Shown here in pieces: positions 1-12,344 of a stretch of DNA of 64,000 nt. The stretch lies in assembly GCF_009914755.1 (NCBI RefSeq), contig NC_060928.1; one strand, given 5' to 3'. Source of the DNA: the human T2T-CHM13v2.0 reference genome, Homo sapiens. The notes beneath the pieces were generated by a model that made no database searches, was not told where the DNA came from, and saw nothing but the letters and a program-made list of their open reading frames with translations. Every line of letters starts with the position of its first letter. Position 1 is the stretch's first letter. Position numbers and translations under genes: made by a program.

Positions 1-385
1 CTTCTTGTTGAATTGATCCCTTTACCATTATGTAATGGCCTTCTTTGTCTCTTTTGATCTTTGTTGGTTTAAAGTCTGTTTTATCAGAGACTAGGATTGC
101 AACCCGTGCCTTTTTTTGTTTTCCATTTGCTTGGTAGATCTTCCTCCATCCTTTTATTTTGAGCCTATGTGTGTCTCTGCACGTGAGATGGGTTTCCTGA
201 ATACAGCACACTGATGGGTCTTGACTCTTTATCCAATTTGCCAGTCTGTGCCTTTTAATTGGAGCATTTAGTCCATTTACATTTAAAGTTAATATTGTTA
301 TGTGTGAATTGGATCCTGTCATTATGATGTTAGCTGGTTATTTTGCTCGTTAGTTGATGCAGTTTCTTCCTAGTCTCGATGGTCG

Positions 386-1398
386 TTACATTTTGGCATG
401 ATTTTGCAGCAGCTGGTACCGGTTGTTCCTTTCCATGTTTAGCGCTTCCTTCAGGAGCTCTTTTAGGGCAGGCCTGGTGGTGACAAAATCTCTCAGCATT
501 TGCTTGTCTGTAAAGTATTTTATTTCTCCTTCACTTATGAAGCTTAGTTTGGCTGGATATGAAATTCTGGGTTGAAAATTCTTTCCTTTAAGAATGTTGA
601 ATATTGGCCCCCACTCTCTTCTGGCTTGTAGGGTTTCTGCCGAGAGATCCGCTGTTAGTCTGATGGGCTTCCCTTTGAGGGTAACCCGACCTTTCTCTCT
701 GGCTGCCCTTAACATTTTTTCCTTCACTTCAACTTTGGTGAATCTGACAATTATGTGTCTTGGAGTTGCTCATCTCGAGGAGTATCTTTGTGGCGTTCTC
801 TGTATTTCCTGAATCTGAACGTTGGCCTGCCTTGCTAGATTGGGGAAATTCTCCTGGATAATATCCTGCAGGGTGTTTTCCAACTTGGTTCCATTCTCCC
901 CATCACTTTCAGGTACACCAATCAGACGTAGATTTGGTCTTTTCACATAGTCCCATATTTCTTGGAGGTTTTGCTCGTTTCTTTTTATTCTTTTTTCTCT
1001 AAACTTTCCTTCTCGCTTCATTTCATTCATCTTCCATTGCTGATACCCTTTCTTCCAGTTGATTGCATTGGCTCCTGAGGCTTCTGCATTCTTCACGTAG
1101 TTCTCGAGCCTTGGTTTTTAGCTCCATCAGCTCCTTTAAGCACTTCTCTGTATTGGTTATTCTAGTTATACATTCTTCTAAATTTTTTTCAAAATTTTTC
1201 AACTTCTTTGCCTTTGGTTTGAATGTCCTCCCGTAGCTCAGAGTAATTTGATCGTCTGAAGCCTTCTTCTCTCAGCTCGTCAAAGTTATTCTCCGTCCAG
1301 CTTTGTTCCGTTGCTGGTGAGGAGCTGCGTTCCTTTGGAGGAGGAGAGGCGCTCTGCTTTTTAGAGTTTCCAGTTTTTCTGTTCTGCTTTTTCCCCAT
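386..1398 (-). pseudogene. Disrupted L1 ORF1
   Basis: Split into 69, 108 and 113 aa pieces by a frameshift near 1194, a ~5-bp deletion near 1030 and a TGA at 770-772. Confidence 0.93.
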
Positions 1399-1853
1399 CT
1401 TTGTGGTTTTATCTACTTTTGGTCTTTGATGATGGTGATGTACAGATGGGTTTTTGGTGTGGATGTCCTTTCTGTTTGTTAGTTTTCCTTCTAACAGACA
1501 GGACCCTCAGCTGCAGGTCTGTTGGAGTACCCTGCCGTGTGAGGTGTCAGTGTGCCCCTGCTGGAGGGTGCCTCCCAGTTAGGCTGCTCGGGGGTCAGGG
1601 GTCAGGGACCCACTTGAGGAGGCAGTCTGCCCGTTCTCAGATCTCCAGCTGCGTGCTGGGAGAACCACTGCTCTCTTCAAAGCTGTCAGAAAGGGACATT
1701 TAAGTCTGCAGAGGTTACTGCTGTCTTTTTGTTTGTCTGTGCCCTGCCCCCAGAGGTGGAGCCTACAGAGGCAGGCAGGCCTCCTTGAGCTGTGGTGGGC
1801 TCCACCCAGTTGGAGCTTCCAGGGTGCTTTGTTTACCTAAGCAAGCCTGGGCA

Positions 1854-2036
1854 ATGGCGGGCGCCCCTCCCCCAGCCTCGCTGCCGCCTTGCAGTTTGAT
1901 CTCAGACTGCTGTGCTAGCAATCAGCGAGACTCCATGGGCGTAGGACCCTCCGAGCCAGGTGCGGGATATAATCTTGTGGTGCACCGTTTTTTAAGCCCG
2001 TCGGAAAAGCGCAGTATTCGGGTGGGAGTGACCTGA
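1854..2036 (+). pseudogene. L1 antisense ORF0, prematurely stopped at 60 aa
   Basis: MAGAPPPASLPPCSLISDCCASNQRD...IRVGVT then TGA (CGA>TGA); splice donor CAG|GTGCGG at 1959/1960, 106 nt after the ATG. Confidence 0.88.
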
Positions 2037-2283
2037 TTCTCCAGGTGCCGTCTGTCACCCCTTTCTTTGATTAGGAAAGGGAACTCCCTGACCCCTTGCG
2101 CTTCCCGAGTGAGGCAATGCCTCGCCCTGCTTCGGCTCGCGCATGGTGCGCGCACCCACTGACCTGTGCCCACTGTCTGGCGCTCCCTAGTGAGATGAAC
2201 CCGGTACCTCAGATGGAAATGCAGAAATCACCCGTCTTCTGTGTCGCTCAGGCTGGGAGATGTATACCGGAGCTGTTCCTATT

Positions 2284-2294
2284 CGGCCATCTTG
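2284..2294 (-). promoter_or_regulatory. L1 5'UTR YY1 site
   Basis: CAAGATGGCCG on the minus strand just inside the L1 5' end. Confidence 0.85.
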
Positions 2295-2629
2295 GCTCCT
2301 CCCCCGAGGTTTGCTCGTTAAATTTATTTATTCAGCAAATATTCATTGAGCTCCTACTGCATATCAGGGACTGGTGAAGAAATAGCTAAGTTGCTAGGAA
2401 TTACTCTTTCCCTTGAGTAAGTTTGAAACTACATAGAGGTAATTAGATTGCTATCCAGATTCTTAGCATTCTACTTTAGTTTTATTTTCTGTACTTTTAT
2501 TTTTTGAATGGTGTTCAATATAAATATTTTTAGTATCTCCATTAATGTTTAATAAAAGTATAATTTTTCCTTTGTGAATGTAAATGGTCTGGTAATTTTA
2601 AAATATAAACCTGTGTTTATTGTTTTCAG

Positions 2630-2769
2630 ATGATAAAAATAATAAATATTTGTTATGGAAAACTCTCAGGAGAATTTGATGCTTGATACTCTTAACACCA
2701 AGAGACCTTTCTCTTGGGATATAGATGGGATTAATAGGCTATGGTTATTATCTATTGCTTTTAAGCAAG
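2630..2769 (+). other. Candidate exon A
   Basis: tgtttattgttttcag| acceptor, AAG|GTATGT donor; GTTATGG start at 2655 stays open to the donor (phase 1). Confidence 0.35.
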
Positions 2770-3063
2770 GTATGTAAAGATCTTTGCACCCCTTTCTAGA
2801 AGATGGGTTGTGACAAAGAGAACTTTGTATTAGTATTACGATAAATTAAATAGACAGCTATTAATACCTATAAATTATCTTGAAAGTCTGTTTAGAAATT
2901 GCCCTTGCTCTTTCTGTTCTTGTAAAAGTTAGAAGCCTATTACTCTTCTTTTATTTGGGTAAAAGAATATGGTTAGTGTCATGAGTCCAATATTTCTGCT
3001 CTGGAGAAGTGATCAGAGAAGCAGAATACTCTTTACCTCACCTTTAACCAAACAGTTACTCAG

Positions 3064-3165
3064 ATGTTCCTCCAAGGGCATGGTTGCAGGCTGCCGGCAA
3101 AATCCCATCAGCACTTCAGACTCTTCGGACAGTTAAAGAATGCCCTCTTTGGTGGAGCAGTGCAG
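3064..3165 (+). other. Candidate exon B (102 nt, phase 1-1; alternative acceptor at 3056)
   Basis: ttactcag| acceptor, CAG|GTAACA donor; open frame DVPPRAWLQAAGKIPSALQTLRTVKECPLWWSSA; GC-richer than flanks. Confidence 0.35.
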
Positions 3166-3813
3166 GTAACACCTGGGTAATACCTGGGTAACACTTTATT
3201 TAATACGGACTAAAAGGAACGTGAATGAAATCCTTTGACTCATCTCCATCTCTTGGTATCCTGCAATTTCTATTTTATTGTAAACAAACTAATCAAGGCA
3301 AGGGGAGGCATTCCCAATTTCATGGGGGCTAGAGCAGTATTTAATACAGAAAATTAAACAGTCTGGAAAATTATAAATAAAAAAGTATAGATTAATGGAA
3401 AGTATAGTTTACTAGAAATACTGAATTTCATATATCCTCATGTGTGTGCATATACACATATGCATAGACCTGTTTTCTACATTTGTGTGTATTTGTCATC
3501 TTTAGAGACATTTTGTCTATATTCAGAAACTGGAATCCTACCTTTGGTATTGGAAATGTAATAATACATAATTTCTTATACTAAGATTTGATTATCAGTA
3601 ATATTTATTAAAGCCTTTTTCAATGTTATATGAGAGGTACCTGTACCTAACTTAATGGACATAAAGCTAAACATTTTATAAATTAGAAATTGGGTATATT
3701 AATGTTTTCCATTGATTTATAATTTGAGGTGATTTTTTTAATTCCACTTGCTCTCCAGTTGGCAATGACAATAAATGTAAACATGTTTTTTCTTTATAAA
3801 AATACAATATGCC

Positions 3814-3900
3814 AGTTTGAAGCTGCAGTTAGCTATGATTATGGCATGTCACTGCACTCCAGCCTGGGTGACAGAGTGAGACACTTTCTCAAAAACACAA
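3814..3900 (+). mobile_element. 5'-truncated FLAM/AluJ 3' fragment
   Basis: actgcactccagcctgggtgacagagtgagac plus A tail; TSD ACAATATGCC on both sides. Confidence 0.85.
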
Positions 3901-4208
3901 AACAATATGCCCATTAAAACAATTCGGAGATTGCAGAAATGTTCAAGTAAGAAAATAGACCTGTGGATCCCATCATGCAGAGATAACACTATCCTAACTG
4001 ACTATTGTATTCCAGCTTTATGTACTTGCATCTAATTTTTCTTTTTTACCAAGTTGAGATTATGCTGTAGATTCAATTTTGTGCCCTGCTTTTTTCCCTT
4101 AAAGTATATTGTGAAAATTCTCTTATGTCTGTTATTTTTTAATGCAATTATGCCCATCATTTCTTGATTCTATAATGTTTGAAAAGTACAAGTAAAGTTT
4201 CAGCTATT

Positions 4209-4380
4209 GGCTGGGCATGGTGGCTCACACCTGTAATCCCAGCACTTTGGGAGGCTGAGGCAGGTGAATTGCTTGAGGTCAGGAGTTCAAGACCAGCATG
4301 GCCAAAATGGTGAAAGCCCGTCTCTACTAAAAATACAGAAAAAATTAGCTGGGCATGGTGGCGGGTGCCTGTAGTCCCAG
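4209..4380 (+). mobile_element. AluS, 3'-truncated
   Basis: Left arm, linker and start of right arm, ending at gtagtcccag. Confidence 0.92.
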
Positions 4381-5027
4381 TTTTTACATTTATAAAAGAC
4401 CTCTAATCTAAGAAAATTTATTATAACATTTTCTCCAGAAATTCTATTTGCTCATGCTTGTGTGTGTTAGATGAAGCACTATTTTACAAGCTGTTGTAAG
4501 GAGCCAATAATATAAAATCTGTGAAAGGGCTTTGTGAACTATAAAACACAAAATGTTAATAGTTATTATTCAAGGAGCTCCAGGAAAGAAAAATAAAAGG
4601 CAAACGCAACTCTCGATTCCAGCAAGTTGTGGTCAGTTTTCTTTTTAGAACAAATGGAAATTGGGTATGAGAATCTTTCTGTAAGAAATGCAAAAATAAC
4701 TCCTTTGACTTTCACATCTTCCTGCTGAAAAGGCACACATTTTAAAACTGATCATTTCTCTAGTTCTTAGGGCAAGAGGGAATAGAATTCTTTTTGTACT
4801 GTTTTAATTTTCAACAAGGCATGTTTATGGTACCTATCCCTTAGAGGGAAGAAAAAGAGCAAGGGAAAAATGGTATATTTGTCCACCACCACCTGCTATT
4901 TTTAGGTTGGCTAGGAGGTCCTATTTGGCTGCCTTTGCCCATCTCATTTGGCAACTCTTGAGCGTGCATCATTCAGAAGATATAAGAAGCTTAGAAGGTA
5001 GAAAAGTGGATTTCTTTGATTTTTCAG

Positions 5028-5078
5028 ACGACATTGCTGAAAAACATATTACCACAGACAATTTGAAGGACATTGACT
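5028..5078 (+). other. Candidate exon C (51 nt, phase 1-1)
   Basis: tttctttgatttttcag| acceptor, ACT|GTAAGT donor; only open frame is DIAEKHITTDNLKDID. Confidence 0.5.
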
Positions 5079-6225
5079 GTAAGTAAAACAATAAATATTT
5101 TCATTTAGTGTGGTAGGCATATGCCACACAAACGACATGATGTATTTTCACCTTTCTGCCTTAATTAGGGGTGAGGAAGCGATGAACCTTCTGTCCTGAT
5201 TTGATTTTCATCCATTGTTAAAAGAAATACTAATCTAGAAAAAGGTGCAAATACAGTGCACACACGCAAGTATATATATGCTCATATATTTTTATAGTAT
5301 TTTAGAATAAGATCCTTGGAAAAGAAAGAGAAACAATATGAATGCCAAGAGAAGAACACACAGAAGCAATCCTGGAAATGACAGATTTTAAGATTAATGC
5401 ACTAAGTTAGATGAATTTTAATGGTAAAGAAGTAGAAAGTTAATAGAGAAATGGAATTTTCTATTTACTTGGATAAAAGGACTTAGTGTCATACCCATGG
5501 ATCATTTTAAACGAGCATACATGTGGGCATTTTACGAATAATACAATTTAACCAATTTTATTGGTAGTTTCTATAAAGTGTTCTGAAACGTTTCTGTTGT
5601 CAGGTACAGTAATTTGCCAAAATCTCCATTAAACGTCAGGTTATATGTGTTACGTAGTTTTTCTTTTGCCTCTATTATTTTATTACAATTCTAGCTTCCT
5701 TCACTAACTTTTCTTAGCTATTGTTAAATTATCATTCTCTCATAACTAAAGAATTTTATTAAATGAGTCAATAAATGTCAAATTCTCAATAAGAAAAAAG
5801 AAAATATTTATTTTCTATTATAATTACAATAATTGTTTGTACCTGGTATTTTTAATATGTGTAAAAATTCTAATAAAGTTAGATTAGAAAATTTATTTAA
5901 AGCCAGCCCTATTTCAAGCTATATAATTATTTTACATAACTGTATATTTAAGATGAAATTTATTGTTTCATACCTGTTCCAAAGTTGGTATTTTTCTTGT
6001 CCAAAAGAGTTTGAGAGACACTTGCATTGTAACTTCGTCTTGTGTGTAGTGGTAATGTAAAACAATTTTGCCACTAGGAAAAGGTATGGATATAGTGCTC
6101 TATTTAATTTGTGATTGTGAAATCAGTGATGTATTATATACAGGAGTATCCACCCCAAATGATTTACATTTAAAAATAATTTTTTTACAGGTCTAACCTG
6201 CTTATAAAGAAAGGTCAGGGAGCAT

Positions 6226-6272
6226 TTGTAAAGTGCTTTATTGTTTGCAAAGTGCTTTATTGTTTACAAAGG
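6226..6272. repeat. 19-bp tandem repeat, ~2.5 copies
   Basis: tttgtaaagtgctttattg / tttgcaaagtgctttattg / tttacaaag. Confidence 0.8.
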
Positions 6273-6289
6273 ACCTAAAGGTCCTTTGA

Positions 6290-6390
6290 TTATTACACAC
6301 TGTATGTCTGTATCAAAATATCTCAGGTACCCCATAAATACATACACCTACTATGTACCCAAAACATTAAAAATAAAAAATTAAAAAAAA
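6290..6390 (+). mobile_element. L1MA-type 3' end fragment
   Basis: tatcaaaatatctc...taccccataaatacatacacctactatgtaccc followed by an A-rich tail. Confidence 0.75.
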
Positions 6391-6445
6391 TAGGTTCTAC
6401 AGGGCTCTTTCAAATCCACATTTCTGTGATTTCTATAATTTTAGA

Positions 6446-6640
6446 GAGGCAATATGTATGGTATAGTGGGAAGCCAGACCTGGATTTACTGTATCCTGGC
6501 CTTGAGCAAGTAATTCAGCTTTTCTGAACCTCAATTCTTCATCAGGGACAATTTTTAGCAACTTGCAGTTCTAGTGAAAAGATGAAATGAGATAATGTAG
6601 AAAAGTGCAATGCTCTTAACTGCTTGATGGTAGAGCTATT
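6446..6640 (+). mobile_element. MIR
   Basis: ccttgagcaagtaattcagcttttctgaacctcaattcttcatc...aaatgagataatg core. Confidence 0.7.
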
Positions 6641-7049
6641 GTTAATATGTATAATTCCAATTACAGCAATCCTTTTAATATTCCACAGTTGCTGCAGAGC
6701 CCATTAGAGTCATGCCTTTGAAGGGGAATATAATAGTACTAATCAATAACTGGTTTTGGTGAATTAGGAAAATGAACAGAGAATTTGTTGAAGATGTTAA
6801 AAGTAGAGGAGAGAATTGGATAAAATTGAACCCGTAGTGATAATTTGAAATGAAAACCAAAATAAAAATTAAAAGCAATGCAGATGGAAGGAAGGCCATC
6901 GCAGGAGTAAGAAATATGTCAGGACCTAGCTAAGTGGAAGGAAAGAGTGAGAACCACTTGGCTAAATCCTGGGCACACAATTTCAGGACTGGTCACGTAT
7001 TAGGGCAGCCTCCAGCAATCTCTGTGGTTCATGGACATGGAACATTTCA

Positions 7050-7375
7050 GCAGTGGAGTGGAATGGCTTTAGCATCTGATAGACCTAGGTTAAAATTTGC
7101 GCTGTGCCACTTGCTAGCTATCTAATCGTAGACGAGTTATTTAACATCCTTCTGTCTCTTCTATAAAATGAGGGTGATAATTCTACCTCATGGAGTTGCT
7201 TTGAAGATTCAATAAGGTATCCATGCAAGGTGTTAACTTGTTTTTCTGTTTATTGCCTCCTCTTCTGCCAACAAAAATATAAGATTTGCATGAGTAGGGT
7301 CTTTATCTCTGTCCCTGTTGTATAAAATATAATAATAAACCTTTGAATATTTTTTGAATGACTGAACGAATGAAC
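7050..7375 (+). mobile_element. MIR followed by an L2 3' fragment
   Basis: ctgtgccacttgctagct...tctataaaatgagggtgataattctacctcatggagttg; ends gaatgactgaacgaatga. Confidence 0.65.
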
Positions 7376-7959
7376 TCATCAAAGCTGTCTGTATATAGTA
7401 AGGCCATATGCCTCACTGAATGATATGAGGAAAATACTCCCAAGCTACAGTGGCATTTATAAGATTTTTGTCATGAGCCATCCTTGTCTAAGTTTCTATT
7501 ATATTTATTGTTCAACCATTCAAATAACATTTAACCGTATGGTGTTTTACGTCATCCATTTTATTTTATTTTTCTGATTGTACTGTTAAGTTAATGAAGG
7601 GTAGGGGGTATTTTGCCCATCGTCATCCAGTCTGATGCTATGCTTGGAGTATCACCAGACTGAAATAAGAATATATGTTGTGAATTATTGGGCCATATAA
7701 TGAGAAAGTTATACATGATAATGGTGATTGGTGAATGGAATTTATACTTGCTAATGGTATGATTTTGGCTGAAGATGAAAATATATTTTCTTCAATTGCT
7801 ATTTGTCGATGAAAGGCTGAAAGACGTGATATAAATCGACAGGAAAAGGACAGAAAGATCTATTTGACAATATATATATATTCTAATCCCAGAACAAAGG
7901 GTACGTGTTGCTGGATATTTTGAGATTATCTTTGGCTAACATGATCTCTCTTGCTTCTG

Positions 7960-8335
7960 GGACTTTGCGCATGTGTTTGTCTGGAAAATTGCCCTTACAT
8001 CCTTCCCTTCACTCAACAATTCCTACTCACCTTTCAGTTATCATTTCAATGTCACTTTCTCTGAGGTACCATCCTAAGTCTGGATGAAGTGTCTCTCCTC
8101 TGGGCTCCCATAGGACCATATATACTTTTGCTATTGTATTAGGTTGGTACAAAAGTAACTGTGGTTTTTAATATATCTAAAATTATATTGTAATTGCCTA
8201 TTTATTTGTTTGTGCCTCCTACTAGATGATCACTCCACAAGGGCAGGAGTTGTATATGCCTTCCATTATACTCTAATACAGTACAATAAATATCTAACAC
8301 AGCTCAATAAGTATTTCTTGAATCAATGAATGAAA
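7960..8335 (+). mobile_element. L2 3' fragment
   Basis: tcctactcacctttcag...ctactagatg...ctcaataagtatttcttgaatcaatgaatg. Confidence 0.7.
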
Positions 8336-8369
8336 AATGACTATTAATAAATGGAAGAAAAAAGCCCTC

Positions 8370-8750
8370 AAAATAATAGCTGTCATTTACTGGATGTCTT
8401 GTTAAATGACTGGGCTTTTATAGATGTTAATATTTAATCTTTGCAACAGTCCAGATGGGGCAATTGAAGTTCAAAGGACTTAACTTGGTCAAAGTAATAA
8501 TGCTGAGATTTGAACCAGGATCTCTCTGGATCCAAAGCCTCTGATGTTTCTAATTGGTGATACTGCCTCTTTCATACCTTACATTTGTATACGCTACTAC
8601 AGGGCACAAAACATCATTATTCCTTATAACAGCTTTGTGAAGCTAGGTATTATTTCCCATTTTATATCTAGTAAGTGGCAAAGCTATGACTTTCAAATTT
8701 GATATTCTGGTTCAAGGTGCATTCCCTTTCCGTGATAACACAGCTGTCTC
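8370..8750 (-). mobile_element. Degenerate MIR fragments
   Basis: aataatagctgtcatttactg...gagatttgaaccagg; ctagtaagtggcaaagct. Confidence 0.6.
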
Positions 8751-10044
8751 ATTCTAAAGGATTTAAAGGTGTAGCCCTTTACAAAAATCCCTGAGATGAT
8801 AAAAATTTAGAAAATAAGAAGTTTTTGATTCATACATAGCAGAAACAGTTCCAGAGAGGTGTATTTTAGCAGGGCTAGAGTAAATTCCAAATTTTCTTTG
8901 TAATTTTTCCTTGAGAAAAGACAAATTAATCAAATTGGGAATAATTGCTGTTAATACTATCAAGTTCTTTCTTCTCTTTGATGTCTGATTATTTCTTGGC
9001 CTCATATTACTACCAGCTCAGAATCGATAGAATCCCTACTGAAGAAACTATTGCTGATGGGGCAGCCTGGTGCTCTTGGGTGAATTTCAGGCAGTTCCTT
9101 CCTACCAGTGGCACTCCTTGTTGCAGTTTGTTTTTCAGTTACTTTGCTTATCCTATACCCCTCAAATTTTGGCTTGTGCTGGGAGGGAGCTTAGTGGGTT
9201 TGCCCTAGAGTTCATTGACTTTGGCCATCCTTGGCCTATGACTTTACTTCGCTCTTTAGCCTCCTGCCAAAAATTACTTCTGTTGAGAGGTAAGGGGGTA
9301 GAGATGAGGTAGTGGGGAGTGTTGTATTTTTGACCGAAAGAGGCAGAGGGCCAGAACTAAGGAAAGCAATTCTCTACAACTTCTTCCTGAAAATGGGGAA
9401 GTCTCTCACACATGCAGAGAAAAAAAAAAATAGTGTGAAAAGCAGTTCAAATGTATTTTCTTAGTACTACCATAGTGTTTGGCAGCTGCTTTGACATATA
9501 GGTCACTGAACAGTAGGGCAATGCAAACACAGAATCTCAAAAAGGAAAGAGTTTTTTTTTTTAATTTTCAAAAACATTTTTTAAAGCTTTGAAAGATTAT
9601 AGTTTCTAAAACCACAATTAACCAAAGTTCTATTATAATCTCTTAAAAATGTTAGATTTAAATGCAAGACTTAGAACCAATTGCAAATTTGAAAATAAAT
9701 TGCTCTAAAACAAATATTATTCAAACGTATATCTTGATTATTGGCTATTTTGTTCTGCACTGTGCTGTTCTGTAAATGTTTGATGAAGCCATAGTTCATT
9801 ATTTACTTTTCTTTGATCTCCCTGCCAGCTAAATGTATTTGTGTTTCTGTTTTCCTTGTGACTTTGCATTTGTACTATCTGCCATTGGAATGTTGAATCT
9901 ACGAGTCTGATTCTTAGTAGGGGAGAAAGAGAGAGCAATTTGGATAACCCAGGCCTAAATAGGTTGTGACTGAATAAAAGGAAATACCAGGATAGTTCTT
10001 CTTAAATTGGGGTATAGTTTATATAAAGTCTGTGCCTCTTAAAC

Positions 10045-10339
10045 TTTTTTTTTTTTGAGTTGGGGGTCTCACTTTGCTGCCCAGTCTAGAGTGCGCTGGT
10101 ATGATCATAGCTCACCGCAGCCTTGACTCCTGGGCTCAAGTGATCCTTCCACTTCAGCCTCCTGAGTAGCTGGGACTACAGGCCTGAGACAACACACCTG
10201 GCTAATTTTTAAAAATTTTTGTAGAGATAGGATCTTGCTATGTTGCCTAGTTTGGTCTCAAACTCCTGGCCTCAAGCAATCCTCCTGCCTTCGCTTCCCA
10301 TAGTGTTGGGATTATGGATGTGAGCCACTGCATATGGCC
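10045..10339 (-). mobile_element. AluJ
   Basis: Poly-T, ctcctgggctcaagtgatcc, AluJ diagnostics. Confidence 0.9.
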
Positions 10340-10352
10340 TTTTTGAACAAAC

Positions 10353-10678
<326 letters not shown>

Positions 10679-10842
10679 TAAAGTATATATACATCCATCT
10701 CACCACCACCCAGATCAAAATACAGACCATTTTTGGTACCGTCAGACTCTCAGGTGTGCTCTCTCTCTTAGGCATTACCTACTCCCAAGGATAACCACTA
10801 GTCTGATTTTCATCACCATACATTAGTTTTGTCAGGGCAACC

Positions 10843-11149
10843 TTTTTTTCTTTTTTTCTTTTTTTTTTTTAGGCAGTGTCTTGCTCTGTCATCCAGGCTA
10901 GGGTGGCGGGATCACCGCTCACTGCAACCTGCAACCTCCGCCTCTCAGTGTCAAGTGATCCTCCAACCTTAGCCTCCCAAGTAGCTGAGACTACAGGTAT
11001 GCGCCACCACACCCAGCTAATTTTTTGCATTTTTTTGTAGAGACGAGGGGATCTCACTACGTTGCCCAGGCTGGCCTCAAATTCCTGGGCTCAAGTGATC
11101 TGCCTGCCTTGGCTTCCCAAAGTGTTGGGATTACAGGTGTGTGCCATTA
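10843..11149 (-). mobile_element. AluJ
   Basis: Reverse Alu with ctcctgggctcaagtgatc. Confidence 0.9.
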
Positions 11150-11349
11150 CTTAACATGGGACAGCCATTTTTAGCAGTGCTTTTTACATAAAACATCATG
11201 AATGGGAGTGACTGATACAAAGTTTGAGGATTAGGAATAAGTTCAGTCTTTTGTCATGACATATATGACAGTTGTGATGTGTTGCTGCATCCCAAAGACA
11301 GACATTCCCAACTGGTTCCATTGAGTTACACGTTTGTTAGAGGGCAGCC

Positions 11350-11880
11350 TTTGGCTGACCCTGCCAGTTGCCTATACAATACATATTCTCTTTTTCTTTC
11401 TTACTAAAGAGAATCATTATTTTTTTCAGGGCAGGCACATACATAGATAAAATATTCACCTCTCCAGATTCCCTTACAAATAAAAGTAGTCATGTGACCA
11501 ATTCTGGCTAATGAGATGAAAGGAAAAAGTCTGGCAGAGTAGTCTTTAAAGAAACTTTACAAGGATTAGACTTTGTACTTTTCTGCCTTTCTATGGAACA
11601 TGGACATAGAGGCCAAAGGTACATTCTCAATCTTGTATCCCTGAGGACAAAAAAAACCAAAAAACAGAAAAACAAAAACAAGAACAAAACCAAACAGACT
11701 TGAAAGACGACAGAGCAGGTAGAAAGAAGGAAATTATTTCCTTGATAACACTCTTGACAGGCTGCACCAGCTTTGGTCCACCTATTTCTGAGTTTCTTGC
11801 TACATGAGAAAATTACTTTCTTGTTAAGCTGCTGTTTATAGGATTTTCTGTTATTGGCAGCTATTTGCATTTCTCTCATA
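11350..11880 (+). mobile_element. MLT1-family (ERVL-MaLR) LTR relic
   Basis: catgtgaccaattctggctaatgagatg and 3' ttgttaagctgctg...ttttctgttattggcagc. Confidence 0.6.
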
Positions 11881-12190
11881 TATTTTCCAAATTTTGATTG
11901 GGACCCTTAGAGATCATGGACACCGAAAAGATGATGTTATTAAAACCAGTTTTCTCAACATCTCCAAGTCACTTTATCCTTATTTTATATACTACCAACC
12001 CCAAAAGCACTGGTTGAAAAACATTTAGCTTCTACTCTTTCTCTGGACAGTTATTTACAACTACTTTAAGCCAGAATGATAATTGTTAACCTCCCTAAGT
12101 TCCCACACAATGATTTGTTTCTGAACGCTTCTCTTTTTCTAAAAGTACAGCATTTAATTTTCTTAATGAATAAAATTAGTTTTTTTTTAG

Positions 12191-12230
12191 AGTTGATATT
12201 ATGCTTTCCAAATGTCTCAATGCAGATGCT
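12191..12230 (+). other. Weak candidate exon (40 nt)
   Basis: tttttttttag| acceptor, GCT|GTAAGA donor. Confidence 0.2.
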
Positions 12231-12344
12231 GTAAGAATAGAAATGGGAACCAGCTGTTTAAGGATTTCCTGTCTCACAAATAACCCTCATAAGTCTGTCT
12301 TTGGATTAGGCTACAGGTCAAAGAATCAGAAGATTTTCTCATTT

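Larger units (their letters stand above)
1..2305 (-). mobile_element. L1PA3-like LINE-1, 5' portion (intact 5' end, 5'UTR, broken ORF1, start of ORF2; continues beyond window start)
   Basis: Minus strand starts GGGGGAGGAGCCAAGATGGCCGAATAGG at 2305; ORF1 peptides MGKKQNRKTGNSK and ...QNHAKM; ORF2 ATG at 322; 5'UTR lacks the ~129-bp segment. Confidence 0.96.
6191..6390 (+). other. Candidate terminal exon D
   Basis: tttttttacag| acceptor; phase-1 reading CLTCL-TAA (6207); AATAAA near 6372 in an L1MA-type 3' end. Confidence 0.3.

Noticed and set aside
3042-3209. Minus-strand exon candidate (tccttttag| ... AAG|GTGAG) overlapping exon B
   Set aside because: Stops in all frames before a late ATG and no partner exons found; cannot be excluded without RNA data
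4370-4380. Two Alus end at the same motif (tcccag at 4380 and 63049)
   Set aside because: The second is explained by the LTR insertion; no link to the first is visible
8945-9312. Overlapping 80-87 aa ORFs in unique sequence
   Set aside because: Non-ATG starts, no recognisable domain, no clear splice boundaries
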